Notes: a model not told the origin generated them from the sequence alone. 32,000 bases of DNA from Ignicoccus hospitalis KIN4/I (GCF_000017945.1 NC_009776.1:510001-542000); one strand, 5' to 3'. Positions 9,560-18,975 are shown, numbered from the stretch's first letter. Numbers and translations: made by a program.

Positions 9560-10156
9560 TTCGCTGAGCCGCTCTGAGACCCGCTTTATTACTTTCCTCC
9601 ACTCCTCCCTCTGTTCGTACTTGAAGTCGCCCTCCTCCAAGAGGCCCTCCCGCAGCATGACGTTCACCACTTCCTCCGGGTTAACCCCGTAGACTGTGCT
9701 CAACACGGCCACCGCCTTCTTCATGCTGTGTGGTAGCCTAAAGCGCACTATCTCCGAATCTATTATTTCTTTCATCTTTCTGGCGAGGGCCGCCACCTCC
9801 TCGAAGGGGGCGTCAGATACGAGCGTCCTCCCCTCTACTTTGGCAGAGTAGCCCAACAGCTTGAGTGCCTCCACTAAGGCGTCTATGGGGACCGCGGCCT
9901 TGGTCAGCTTGGGCAGTTCGTCCACGCTCACCCTCGTGTAGGGCAGCATTGCCGACTCTATCTCTTTTTTGAGTTCTTCTATTTCGTACCTCAATTCCTT
10001 CAATTCGTAAGGGAACCCCAAGGCTTCTATGAGAAGCTTGTTGCCGTCGACTTCGCCCTTGATCCACCTCGCGCTCACTTCTTCGCTTATCTTGTGGAGC
10101 AGTTCGTAACAAACCTCCTCGTTAATACACTTAATGACGAAGCGTCTAACCTTCAT
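9551..10156 (-). CDS. DUF2067-family protein
   Basis: 201 aa between csl4 and rpoL, a conserved crenarchaeal neighbourhood; MKVRRFVIKCINEEVCYELLHKISEEV... Confidence 0.75.
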   Translation of the reverse strand: MKVRRFVIKCINEEVCYELLHKISEEVSARWIKGEVDGNKLLIEALGFPYELKELRYEIEELKKEIESAMLPYTRVSVDELPKLTKAAVPIDALVEALKLLGYSAKVEGRTLVSDAPFEEVAALARKMKEIIDSEIVRFRLPHSMKKAVAVLSTVYGVNPEEVVNVMLREGLLEEGDFKYEQREEWRKVIKRVSERLSEEW

Positions 10157-10165
10157 TATCTTTCC

Positions 10166-10744
10166 TTACTTCTTGGGCTGGTGCTTAGCTTTAAGTATGT
10201 AGTCTGGGGAGATCAATCGGTCCTCCACCCTCCCGCAGTAAGGGCACTGGAGCTGGTTGCCCACCTTGTACAAGGGATGACCGCAGTTGCTGCAGTAAGC
10301 CAGTATTACCCCTAGCCTCGGGCCCTTGAGGCTCAGCTGGTAGGGCGGGGAAGAGAGAACCTTGGCCTTGACCACGTCGCCGGGCCTCACGACGTCGTAC
10401 AAGCTATCCACGGGCTTTCCCGCTTGGCTTATATGGAGGACCGCGCTGAAGGCTCTGGCTCTAAATACCTCGTCGAAGCTTCTGGCAACCTTCAGCTGGG
10501 CGAGCTCATTCCTCATGCTCACCACCTCTCCGTAAACCACTTCTTTCGGAGACAACACCTTCTTCTCGGCGCTCGGCCCCCTCACCTCAATTACGTAGTT
10601 GACCGTGTCTATCCTCACGGTCCCCGGAATGCTCGCCCTGACTATCCCGTCGTCCTCGTAGGTCCCCGGGCCAGGGGCGTACTCCTCTATTACGCAGAGA
10701 GGGTCCCCCGGCGCCACCACGTCACCGTTCTTGACGAACGGCAC
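10166..10744 (-). CDS. csl4: Archaeal exosome RNA-binding subunit Csl4
   Basis: 192 aa; S1-like GEVVSMRNELAQLKV region followed by a zinc ribbon YCSNCGHPLYKVGNQLQCPYCGRVEDR. Confidence 0.92.
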   Translation of the reverse strand: MPFVKNGDVVAPGDPLCVIEEYAPGPGTYEDDGIVRASIPGTVRIDTVNYVIEVRGPSAEKKVLSPKEVVYGEVVSMRNELAQLKVARSFDEVFRARAFSAVLHISQAGKPVDSLYDVVRPGDVVKAKVLSSPPYQLSLKGPRLGVILAYCSNCGHPLYKVGNQLQCPYCGRVEDRLISPDYILKAKHQPKK

Positions 10745-10797
10745 TTCTGTACCCCCCTCCCCGCTCGTGTTAGAAGGATTTTAGGGGATGAGCGTCC

Positions 10798-11241
10798 ATG
10801 AAGGTGAGGCTGCGGAACCCCACTCCTAGCGACGCCAAGAGGATATACGAGATAGAGGTAAGCTCCTTCGATCACCCCTTCTCTTTCCTAGTTATACTTT
10901 CCCAAGTTATTTTGCACGGAGACACCAGCTTGGTCGCCGAGGTCAACGGAAAGGTGGTAGGCTACGCCATAGCGGCCAAAGAAGTTGACAAAAAATTACA
11001 CTTGCTTAATTTCGCAGTCGATCCGCAGTACAGAGGCTTGGGGATAGGCTCTGCCCTCTTGGAGTCGCTCGAGAAACTGGCAAAGAAGAAGGGATTAAAG
11101 AGTATATACTTAGAGGTAGAAGAGGACAACTACAGAGCGATGAGGTTGTATAAAAAGATGGGATTCGTCGAAGTCGGAAGGATAAGGAAGTACTATCCGT
11201 GGGGTAAGGACGCGATCGTGATGGTCAAAGAGGTAGCTTGA
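10798..11241 (+). CDS. rimI: Ribosomal-protein-alanine N-acetyltransferase / N-terminal acetyltransferase (RimI-like)
   Basis: 147 aa GNAT; FAVDPQYRGLGIGSALLESLEKLA, YLEVEEDNYRAMRLYKKMGFVEVGRIRKYY. Confidence 0.9.
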   Translation: MKVRLRNPTPSDAKRIYEIEVSSFDHPFSFLVILSQVILHGDTSLVAEVNGKVVGYAIAAKEVDKKLHLLNFAVDPQYRGLGIGSALLESLEKLAKKKGLKSIYLEVEEDNYRAMRLYKKMGFVEVGRIRKYYPWGKDAIVMVKEVA

Positions 11242-11662
11242 GACCGCTCCTTAACGCGATCTCCGTCACGCCGGGGAACGGGCAAGTACCCTTAGCCTTA
11301 ACCCCCTCGGGGGTGACGAGGGCCTCGAAGCTCCCCGCGTCTCCCTCAGCGGTTACGAACAGCTTGGGAGAGACGTGGGACTTGGCGACGCTCAAGTAGC
11401 CGTTGCCTATGCACTTCCGGAGCTGGAGGGCCCCCTCTCCGAAGAACTCCGACCACAGCCCCTCCGGGGCCTTGGTAGTTAAGTATATCTCGGTGACCTT
11501 TTCCGTGCAGCGGACCTCCGCTATCGGGCCCTCCTCGTCCATGGACTGGATCGCCTTCACTCCCCCTCCTTCCAAATAATCCACGAACTCTAAGTATTTC
11601 TTCATCAAATTGACCACTTCTTCGGGGCTGGCTTTGCAGCCCAAGACGTCGGCGCCGTACAA
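11225..11662 (-). CDS. Hypothetical protein
   Basis: ORF open 11225..11851, but the N-terminal part overlaps the divergent cysteine synthase start. A TTG at 11662 (LYGADVLGCKASPEEVVNLMKKYLEFVDYLEG) is a likely start. Confidence 0.55.
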   Translation of the reverse strand: MYGADVLGCKASPEEVVNLMKKYLEFVDYLEGGGVKAIQSMDEEGPIAEVRCTEKVTEIYLTTKAPEGLWSEFFGEGALQLRKCIGNGYLSVAKSHVSPKLFVTAEGDAGSFEALVTPEGVKAKGTCPFPGVTEIALRSGLKLPL

Positions 11663-11717
11663 GGGCTCCGCCTCTTCGGGCGCTTCAAGGTTCTCCTTAT
11701 AATCTCCCCTCGTCGCA

Positions 11718-12671
11718 GTGGGACGGCTGATGCCTATTGTGTGGGTGGGGGAGGCCGTAGGGAACACCCCAGCCGTGCTGCTGAGGAGGCTCACCAGCGG
11801 TAAGGGCAACGTAATGGTAAAGCTGGAATTTATGAATCCCAGTGGCAGCATAAAGGACAGGCCAGCTCTCTACATGATCAAAGAGGCGGAGGAGAGGGGC
11901 CTCCTGAAACCGGGATCGACCATAGTCGAACCCTCTTCCGGAAACACAGCCCTCTCCTTGGCCATGCTCGCAGCCGCCAAGGGCTACAAGATGGTCGCGG
12001 TGGTCCCGGAAACTACGAGCGAACAGAAGGTGAAAATGATGGAGTTGTTGGGGGCCAAGGTAATTTTCTCCAAAGCGGGCGTACCCTTGGGCCACCCTGA
12101 ACATCACTACACCTTGGCGAAGAGGTTGGCTGAGGAGAACGGGTGGGTGATGCTGGATCAATACAAGAACGAGGCGAACGTGAGGGCCCATTACGAGACC
12201 ACCGGGCCGGAGGTACTCAAGCAAGCGAGGGAGCTCATGGGAGGGTTGGACGCCTTCGTGGCCGGGGTGGGCACCGGAGGCACCGTCATAGGCGTTGGAA
12301 AGTTCTTGAAGGAGAGGGTCAAGGGCGTCAAGGTAGTGGCAGTAGTTCCCAAGGGAACTAAAATAGCGGGCTTCTTCGGCTCCGAGGGAGAGCGGCTGAG
12401 CCACGCCATAGAAGGCTTGACGGCGATGCCCGTCAGCGAGCTAATCAAGAAGTACAAACACGTAATAGACGAAATAATCGAAGTGGACGACGAAGAGGCC
12501 GTGAAGACCGCTAGGGAGTTGGCCTCGAAGGAGGGCCTCTTGGCAGGCTTGAGCGCCGGCGCAAACGTCCGCGCCGCACTGGAGCTGGAAAGGGAGGGCT
12601 TGAGGGTGGCCACAGTCGCGCCGGACGGCGCCATTAGGTATTTGGAGAGGCTCACCTCACGAAGATCTTGA
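11718..12671 (+). CDS. cysK: Cysteine synthase family, PLP-dependent
   Basis: 317 aa; VKLEFMNPSGSIKDRPA (PLP Lys), EPSSGNTALSLAM, GVGTGGTVIGVGKFLKE, LSAGANVRAALEL. The sulfur and serine donor cannot be read from sequence alone. Confidence 0.88.
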   Translation: MGRLMPIVWVGEAVGNTPAVLLRRLTSGKGNVMVKLEFMNPSGSIKDRPALYMIKEAEERGLLKPGSTIVEPSSGNTALSLAMLAAAKGYKMVAVVPETTSEQKVKMMELLGAKVIFSKAGVPLGHPEHHYTLAKRLAEENGWVMLDQYKNEANVRAHYETTGPEVLKQARELMGGLDAFVAGVGTGGTVIGVGKFLKERVKGVKVVAVVPKGTKIAGFFGSEGERLSHAIEGLTAMPVSELIKKYKHVIDEIIEVDDEEAVKTARELASKEGLLAGLSAGANVRAALELEREGLRVATVAPDGAIRYLERLTSRRS

Positions 12672-13110
12672 ACTCGCAGTGGGGGTCTCCCTTGGCCTCG
12701 CAAGCGACTTCCTTCACGTCGACCCTCCTTCCGGTAGCGCTCTCTAAGAGGCCCGCCAGTATTCCCGCCACCACCGCGTCCGCCGGCTCGGAGCTCCTAA
12801 TTCGGGAGCCGAAGAGGAGCCCCTTGCCCCTCACGACCATCCGTTCCTCGTCTACCTCAACTTCCCTCGCGAGCCCGCTCTTCACCAAGTAGTTGGTCGC
12901 AAAGCGTAGGGGGTCCTCCCCGTCAAGCCTTAACTCGCTGGCCAGCCTCTTAGCTGAGGCCTTTGCCAAGTTGTATAGGAAAGCGTTGCTCGTGTTCATT
13001 ACCTTCTTCATCTCCTCGTATATCAACGCGAACATGTCGCTCGTGGCAGAAGGCGCTTCTCTTACCGGTCTGTCTAAATGGGTGCTCATCATACATATCA
13101 CCGATTCCAC
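12652..13110 (-). CDS. V4R (4-vinyl reductase-like) domain protein
   Basis: 152 aa; C-terminal DAVVAGILAGLLESATGRRVDVKEVACEAKGDPHCEFKIF matches the V4R signature (C-x4-GDpxCxF). Confidence 0.75.
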   Translation of the reverse strand: MESVICMMSTHLDRPVREAPSATSDMFALIYEEMKKVMNTSNAFLYNLAKASAKRLASELRLDGEDPLRFATNYLVKSGLAREVEVDEERMVVRGKGLLFGSRIRSSEPADAVVAGILAGLLESATGRRVDVKEVACEAKGDPHCEFKIFVR

Positions 13111-13135
13111 CTCGATCCCACCGTTCTAATATTCT

Positions 13136-14389
13136 TTGGTGAAAATTGTGAGGGTAAAAGTTCTTAAACGAACTAAAAAAGGTCCGGTCTTCGATTTATT
13201 ATCACGCCGCGCAGAGGGGAGGAGGAAGCCCATGCCGGCCAACTTAACGCCCGAGGCCCAAGCGAAGCTCGCAGAGTACTCAGAGGCGAAGACCGTAGAA
13301 GCCAAGATAAGAGCTTTAGAAGAGTTCTTGAAGGTTGCCCCCAAGCACAAGGGCGCAGAGAACCTACTGTACTGGGCTAGGAGGAGACTGGCCGAGCTCA
13401 AGGAACAGCTGGAGACCGAGAAGAAGAAGAGGAAGGGCGGGAGGAACCCCTTCGTCGTAGAGAAGGAGGGCGCGGCCCAAGTGGTGCTCTTCGGGATCCC
13501 CAACTCCGGCAAGAGCAGCATAATAGCGGCCACCACCAGGGCTAAGGTAGAGGTCTCGCCCAGGCCCTACACGACCTTGGTGCCGGCAGTGGGCATGTTA
13601 CCTTTCGAGGACGTCCAGTTCCAGCTCGTCGAGGCGCCGGGGGTAGCGCCCGGAGTCGGCTGGGTGCATAGGAGCATAGGGCTGGTGAGGAACGCCGACC
13701 TCGTTGCCATAGTATTGGATTTGAGTTTGAATCCAATTAAGCAGTACAACTACTTGAAAAATCTCCTCGAAGAGAGCGGAATCAGTTTGAAGAAGCCGGA
13801 GGGGAGGGTCGAGATAGTCAAGGAGAGGGCCGGCGGAATAAAGGTAGCGATCATGGGCGAGTTGGTAGACGGCGACGTGGAGGACGTCAAGAGGTTGCTG
13901 AGGGCTTACGGGATACACAGCGCTACTGTGAAGCTCGTGGGGAAGGTCAGCTTAGACGACGTCGAAAAGGCCATATTGGGTACGAACCAATACAAGCCTT
14001 CTATAATAATACTTAACAAGGCCGACGTCCCCGGCGCCGAGGAAAAGGTGAAGGAGTTCTTAGAGGCTTACGACGGAGAGGCACCGGTTCTGGTGGTGTC
14101 CGCCAAGGAGGGCAAGGGGCTGGAGGAGCTGGGATCCACGATATTTAAGGTTTTAGACATCATTAGGGTCTACACAAAGAAGCCCAACGGCCCGAAGGCG
14201 GAGAAGCCCCTAATCTTGAAGAGGGGGGCCACGGTGGAGGACGTGGCGCGTTCCATACACTCGAGGATGGTGGAGGGCTTCAAGTTCGCGAAGGTCTGGG
14301 GGCCCTCCGCCAAGTACCCCGGAGAGAGGGTGGGGCTGGACCATCAAGTGGAGGACGGGGACGTGATAGAAATACATTACAAAGGGTAG
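13136..14389 (+). CDS. OBG/DRG-like GTP-binding protein with C-terminal TGS domain
   Basis: 417 aa; VVLFGIPNSGKSS (G1), VEAPGV (G3-like), ILNKADV (G4), C-terminal KPLILKRGATVEDVARSIHSRMVEGFKFAKVWGPSAKYPGERVGLDHQVEDGDVIEI (TGS). ATG at 13231 is an alternative start. Confidence 0.88.
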   Translation: MVKIVRVKVLKRTKKGPVFDLLSRRAEGRRKPMPANLTPEAQAKLAEYSEAKTVEAKIRALEEFLKVAPKHKGAENLLYWARRRLAELKEQLETEKKKRKGGRNPFVVEKEGAAQVVLFGIPNSGKSSIIAATTRAKVEVSPRPYTTLVPAVGMLPFEDVQFQLVEAPGVAPGVGWVHRSIGLVRNADLVAIVLDLSLNPIKQYNYLKNLLEESGISLKKPEGRVEIVKERAGGIKVAIMGELVDGDVEDVKRLLRAYGIHSATVKLVGKVSLDDVEKAILGTNQYKPSIIILNKADVPGAEEKVKEFLEAYDGEAPVLVVSAKEGKGLEELGSTIFKVLDIIRVYTKKPNGPKAEKPLILKRGATVEDVARSIHSRMVEGFKFAKVWGPSAKYPGERVGLDHQVEDGDVIEIHYKG

Positions 14390-15462
14390 AAGGCCTTCAA
14401 CAAAGCCTTGAGCAACTTGAAGGCTTTCTTACTTTGGACCAACTCCGCCAAAGTCTTCAAGTGGTTGTCGTACTCGGTTACCCTCAACACCTCCCCGTCC
14501 AAGGCTGTGAAGAGCTTGACGTAAGCCCTTTGGGGGGCGCCGTGGAGGGCCCTAGCCACCGGCGTCTCCGCGAGGAGCCTGGGCACTATTACTCTGTAAG
14601 CCTTGACCAGGTTGTCCACGTTCGAAGGGTAGCGGGAAGCTACGTAGAGCGAGGGATAAAGCCCTCCCCCGGTGACGGGCTTGTTCAAGCCCGCCGCGTC
14701 GCCTGTGGCACAGACCTTCGAGGCGCAAGGAGTTAACGAGGGTGGCCCGGTCTGAATTACGCCGCCGTATTCCTTCTTCACCTCCCCCTCTACCAACCCC
14801 CTCCTCTCCGCCACTTCCAACGCCTTCCTAGCTAGGGCCCTCACGTCGTAACCCTTCGTGGCCGCCGTGCCGACTACGGCCTTCCCGTCGAGCATTACTA
14901 CCCAAGAGAAGAAGCCCGGGGCCAAGCTTTTGTCGAACCAGACCTCCGCCCTCCCGGGGTAGGCGGCCCTCCCGACGACCTCGAGGTTGAGGCCGTAAAC
15001 CCTGCGGGGCTTGGCCGCGACGCCTAGCCTCTCCGAGAGCTCCGCCCTCCACCCCTCGGCTATTACCGCTCTGTCGTACTTTTCGTTGTCCACGTACCCC
15101 TTCGGAGTCACTCTGATGACTAACTTTTTGACGAACTTAACTCCCTCGGCCAGTGCGGTCTCCAACAATTCCTCTTCTAACCTCCTCCTGTCGAGCTTCG
15201 CCGCGAAGCCCTTGGGGCCCTTGAGGGTCACTCCCACGCCTTCCGGGAGGCCCAAGAAGAACTCCTCCAAGGCTCCTTCGTTTACTTCAGAACTGACGAA
15301 GGAGGACAGCGCTTCCCACACGGCGCCGGAGACCACGCCGGTGCAGTGCTCCGGAACTCCGACCTCCCCGTGCTCTTCGAACAAAGTTACGTTTGCGACT
15401 CTGCTCAAGTAGATGCTGGAGACTAGGCCCGAGAACCCGGCCCCCACCACGGCCACTCTCAT
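14377..15462 (-). CDS. FAD-dependent oxidoreductase, geranylgeranyl reductase family
   Basis: 361 aa; MRVAVVGAGFSGLVSSIYLSR Rossmann motif, GVPEHCTGVVS, CATGDAAGLNKPVTGGGLYPSLYVASR. Confidence 0.85.
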   Translation of the reverse strand: MRVAVVGAGFSGLVSSIYLSRVANVTLFEEHGEVGVPEHCTGVVSGAVWEALSSFVSSEVNEGALEEFFLGLPEGVGVTLKGPKGFAAKLDRRRLEEELLETALAEGVKFVKKLVIRVTPKGYVDNEKYDRAVIAEGWRAELSERLGVAAKPRRVYGLNLEVVGRAAYPGRAEVWFDKSLAPGFFSWVVMLDGKAVVGTAATKGYDVRALARKALEVAERRGLVEGEVKKEYGGVIQTGPPSLTPCASKVCATGDAAGLNKPVTGGGLYPSLYVASRYPSNVDNLVKAYRVIVPRLLAETPVARALHGAPQRAYVKLFTALDGEVLRVTEYDNHLKTLAELVQSKKAFKLLKALLKAFYPL

Positions 15463-15509
15463 GGTAGAGCACCGAATAAGCCCCTCTCAGTCCCCCTAGG
15501 GGGTTAAAC

Positions 15510-16124
15510 TTGCTCGCGAGCCTCACGGACGCATACGTACGTCTGAAGAGGCCCCTAGTCATGGGCTTGGTGTCGCCGCCCACCTTGGACAAGGTAACCA
15601 GCGAAGGGGTAATAGTGAACTTGGAAGTATTTACGAGGGACGAAAGGTTGGCAGCTACGTACTTTCCTAAGTTCTATGTGTGGAAGGACGGCCTGGCCGC
15701 CGCGCCCATGCTGGTGCGGAAGGAGGACGCGCTCGCCCTTAACGAGCTTCGCGAGAGGGGTAACGTAATAATAATTTCGCAACTCAAGACTAAGGGGAAG
15801 GTCTACGTATTCGACGGGATCATGATAGCAGTTAGAAACAAGTTCGTGGGGAACATGGCGTGGTACTCCGCGGAAGGGGGCTACCCCCCTCTGGCGGTTG
15901 GCGAGGAGCCCTTGTACCGCTCCCCTCCCTTGCTGGCGACGGTAGAGTCCATAATCAGCGGCGAGGGGGCGTACGTGTACTCGGAGCGGGTCGTGGAGGT
16001 GGACGTCAAGAAGCTGCTTATCCCCCCGCCCTTAGCTCTGTTAGGAATAGCCGGTTGGAGGATGAGGAGGCTTGCTGCCCGTAAAGAGGTTGGAGAAGGA
16101 CGCCGTAATGCCGAAGAGGGCTAA
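15510..16124 (+). CDS. Hypothetical protein
   Basis: 204 aa with TTG start; MLASLTDAYVRLKRPLVMGLVSPPTLDKVTSEGVIVNLEVF...; overlaps the start of the dut gene. No family recognised. Confidence 0.65.
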   Translation: MLASLTDAYVRLKRPLVMGLVSPPTLDKVTSEGVIVNLEVFTRDERLAATYFPKFYVWKDGLAAAPMLVRKEDALALNELRERGNVIIISQLKTKGKVYVFDGIMIAVRNKFVGNMAWYSAEGGYPPLAVGEEPLYRSPPLLATVESIISGEGAYVYSERVVEVDVKKLLIPPPLALLGIAGWRMRRLAARKEVGEGRRNAEEG

Positions 16125-16530
16125 CCCTTGGGACGCGGGTTTGGACCTCCACGCGCTGGAGGAAGTGGTAGTAGAGCCCGGGGAAGTGAAGGTCGTCCGC
16201 ACGGGAATAGCGATAGCTATACCCAGGGGGTTCGTGGGGCTGATCAAGGATCGCTCCTCTCGAGCGCTGAAGGGTCTACACGCGCTGGCCGGGGTAATAG
16301 ACCCCGGTTACCGGGGGGAAGTTAAGGTTGTTGTTACGAACTTAGGCAGTGATAAAATAACCATTAGGAAAGGGGAGAGGTTCGCACAGCTAGTTATAGT
16401 CCCGGTAGCTTACTTGGAGCCGGTCGAGGTCGAGGAGTTGCCCCCAAACGACGGCAGGTCGGGGGGTTTCGGCTCTACGGATGAGGAGTTGGTCCGGGTC
16501 GCGAGGGGTGAGCGGAGAGGGCCCCCCTAG
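16072..16530 (+). CDS. dut: dUTP diphosphatase / dCTP deaminase-like protein
   Basis: 152 aa; NPWDAGLDLHA, DRSSRALKGLHALAGVIDPGYRGEVKVVVTNLG, KGERFAQLVIVP, DGRSGGFGSTD (dUTPase motifs 1-5). Confidence 0.93.
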   Translation: MLPVKRLEKDAVMPKRANPWDAGLDLHALEEVVVEPGEVKVVRTGIAIAIPRGFVGLIKDRSSRALKGLHALAGVIDPGYRGEVKVVVTNLGSDKITIRKGERFAQLVIVPVAYLEPVEVEELPPNDGRSGGFGSTDEELVRVARGERRGPP

Positions 16531-16540
16531 CCGACCTCGC

Positions 16541-17353
16541 TCAGCGCCCGAACCTCCTCTGCCTCCTCTGGTAGTCCCGGAGGGCCCTCAGTATGTCTAT
16601 CCTCCTTATTTCTGGCCAGTAGATGTTGGCGAAGTAGAGCTCGCTGTACGCCGACTGCCAGAGCAAGAAGTTGCTTATCCTCTCCTCCCCGCTCGTCCTT
16701 ATTATCAAGTCGGGGTCGGGTAAGTTCTCCGTGTATAAGTGTTGGGTGATCACGTTCTCGTCTATCTGGTCCGGCTCCAGCTCCCCCCTCTTCACCTTCC
16801 AAGCTATCTTCCTCACCGCGTCAACTATTTCTTGTCGGCCCCCGTAACACACGGCGACGTTTATCACCCTCTTGTTGTAACCCTTCGTAGCCTCCTCTAC
16901 CTCCTTAGCGGCCTCGAGGAGTTCCTTGGGCCACAAGTTCCTTCTCCCTATTACCATGACCTTTACTTCGTTTCTGTGAACTATCTCGTCCTTGGCGAGC
17001 TCCCTCAAGCCCCCGGCTATGAGCTCGTAAAGCTTTTCCCTCTCCTCCGGGCTCCTCCTAGTGCAGTTCTCCGTCGACATAGCGAAGACTGTGACCACCT
17101 CTATCCCTAACTCCAACAACCACATTAACACTTCCCTCATCTTCTTGTAGCCTTCTCTATGACCCAACCACTCTTGGAGCCCCCTCATCCGCGCCCACCT
17201 CCTGTTGCCGTCGGGAATTATTGCTACGTGTTTGGGCAAATGGTCCTTGCTTATCTCCGCTTCCAGCTTCTTTTCATATATCTCGTATATTGGCTTCATC
17301 AAGAAGGATATTGTCCTCCAGCCCCTGTTCGCTAGCGCGGCTCTGGTTTGCAA
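16541..17353 (-). CDS. uppS: Isoprenyl transferase (cis-prenyltransferase, undecaprenyl/polyprenyl diphosphate synthase type)
   Basis: 270 aa; HVAIIPDGNRRWARMRG, GHREGYKKM, TVFAMSTENCTRR, LPDPDLIIRTSGEERISNFLLWQSAYSELYF. Confidence 0.95.
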   Translation of the reverse strand: MQTRAALANRGWRTISFLMKPIYEIYEKKLEAEISKDHLPKHVAIIPDGNRRWARMRGLQEWLGHREGYKKMREVLMWLLELGIEVVTVFAMSTENCTRRSPEEREKLYELIAGGLRELAKDEIVHRNEVKVMVIGRRNLWPKELLEAAKEVEEATKGYNKRVINVAVCYGGRQEIVDAVRKIAWKVKRGELEPDQIDENVITQHLYTENLPDPDLIIRTSGEERISNFLLWQSAYSELYFANIYWPEIRRIDILRALRDYQRRQRRFGR

Positions 17354-17498
17354 GCATTAACTCCCGTTCAGCGGGTTAGTTGGGATTAAAATTAAGTAGG
17401 GATGAGAGGCCCGAACCTGACTTCGGGGGCAAGCAGTTGGACTTCGTGGAGCGGGAAGAGTAGGACGAGGTGTAGGGTGGTGGCGGGGCCCCGCGTGG

Positions 17499-17572
17499 TA
17501 GCGGGGGGTGGATTTGAACCACCGACCTCGGGGTTATGAGCCCCGCGGGCTACCAGGCTGCCCTACCCCGCT
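17499..17572 (-). tRNA. tRNA-Met(CAT), initiator type
   Basis: Reverse strand AGCGGGGTAGGGCAGCCTGGTAGCCCGCGGGGCTCATAACCCCGAGGTCGGTGGTTCAAATCCACCCCCCGCTA plus encoded CCA (17498-17496). Complete cloverleaf, A1-U72 pair and three G-C pairs next to the anticodon loop, which are initiator hallmarks. No intron. Confidence 0.95.
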
Positions 17573-17620
17573 AGGTCTCCCCGCCGTTGGGGACTTCCCC
17601 CATTGGGGTTAATAAGTTTG

Positions 17621-18823
17621 CTACATGGTGTGTATTTGTATCGGCGCGCCCTCTCTGGGGCTGAGGCGGTAGCTTGCGCCGGCCCTCTTTCTCATAACCT
17701 TATCGACGGCCGCTAAGAAGTCTTCCATAGTTACGTACTTGCGCTTGTTTCTGAGGGCATTATAGCCGGCCTCGGTCACTATCGCCTTCAAGTCCGCTCC
17801 GGTAGCCCCCTCCGTCATCTCCGCTATCTTCTCCAAGTCTACGTCGTCCGCCATCCTCATGTTTCTAGTGTGGATCTGCAATATCTCTAGCCTACCCTTC
17901 TTGTCCGGCGGCGGGATGTAGATTATTCTGTCAAACCGTCCCGGCCTCAAGATCGCGGGGTCGAGTATGTCCAGCCTGTTCGTGGCGGCTATGACCGCTA
18001 CCCCGCTCAGAGGGTCGAAGCCGTCGAGCTCCGCCAAGAGCTGCATCAACGTTCTCTGCACCTCCCTCTCGCCGGAGGTACCCATCTCTATTCTCTTGGC
18101 GGCTATGGCGTCTATCTCGTCTATGAATATTATGCTGGGCGCCTTCTTCCTAGCCATGTTAAAGACCTCTCTGACTATCCTCGCCCCCTCGCCTATGAAC
18201 TTGTTAACTAGCTCGCTCCCCACGACCCTTATGAAGGTAGCCCCTACCTCGCCCGCCACCGCCCTCGCGATCAAGGTCTTCCCGCAGCCGGGAGGGCCGT
18301 AGAGTAGGACTCCTTTCAAGGGCTCAATTCCTATCTCCTTGAACATTTCGGGATTCTTCAAGGGAAGTTCCACAACCTCTCTAACCTCCTCCAACTGCTG
18401 TTTCAACCCTCCTACGTCGCTATACCTTGTCTTGGGGCGTTCGACAACCTCCATAGCTTTTACGTAAGGATCCTCCAAACCTTTCAACACGTCCACTACA
18501 GTTGAACCCCTCTGGTTAACCGCCACGCTTATGCCGGGCTTGAGCAGTTCCTTGGGGACGCGGGAGCTTACCTCGACCACTAGGACCGGGCCGGCGCTGG
18601 ACTTCACCACCGCCCTCCCGTCAGGCAAGACGTCGAGCAAGGTCGCCTCTATGAGGGGCGGGTTGGTCAGCTTGTTGACCTCCCCCTTCCAGTACTCCAG
18701 CTCGGACTTGAGTCTCTTTACCTCCTTAGTCAGCCTGTTTATTTTTCTCTTGAGGAGTTCGACGTCCTCCACGTCGTCGCTTTCCTCTCCCCCAAATTTT
18801 CTATCAATATCAAACGCTACCAT
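17621..18823 (-). CDS. pan: Proteasome-activating nucleotidase (PAN), AAA ATPase
   Basis: 400 aa; coiled-coil N-terminus, OB region, [20 protein letters not shown] Walker [13 protein letters not shown] Walker [24 protein letters not shown]. Confidence 0.9.
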   Translation of the reverse strand: MVAFDIDRKFGGEESDDVEDVELLKRKINRLTKEVKRLKSELEYWKGEVNKLTNPPLIEATLLDVLPDGRAVVKSSAGPVLVVEVSSRVPKELLKPGISVAVNQRGSTVVDVLKGLEDPYVKAMEVVERPKTRYSDVGGLKQQLEEVREVVELPLKNPEMFKEIGIEPLKGVLLYGPPGCGKTLIARAVAGEVGATFIRVVGSELVNKFIGEGARIVREVFNMARKKAPSIIFIDEIDAIAAKRIEMGTSGEREVQRTLMQLLAELDGFDPLSGVAVIAATNRLDILDPAILRPGRFDRIIYIPPPDKKGRLEILQIHTRNMRMADDVDLEKIAEMTEGATGADLKAIVTEAGYNALRNKRKYVTMEDFLAAVDKVMRKRAGASYRLSPREGAPIQIHTM

Positions 18824-18975
18824 TCAACTTCCCGTCTTCTGAGTAGCGGCATAAGGAAATTTTGAGGTTGGGCGGTAGGTGTTAACTAGTTATCATAGAG
18901 CGTCCCGGTTACGATTTCAAAGGAGAGAATCGAGCTTTATTAGAAACTTCCCGGAGGGCGGCGGGGTATCGAAAT

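Noticed and set aside
11697-12404. 235-aa minus-strand ORF
   Set aside because: Antisense to the cysteine synthase-family gene, His/Leu/Gly-rich with no domain; likely a GC artefact.
17370-17470. Possible C/D box sRNA (ggatgaga ... cctga) between uppS and tRNA-Met
   Set aside because: Box C deviates from RUGAUGA and no convincing C'/D box pair follows; not reported as a feature.
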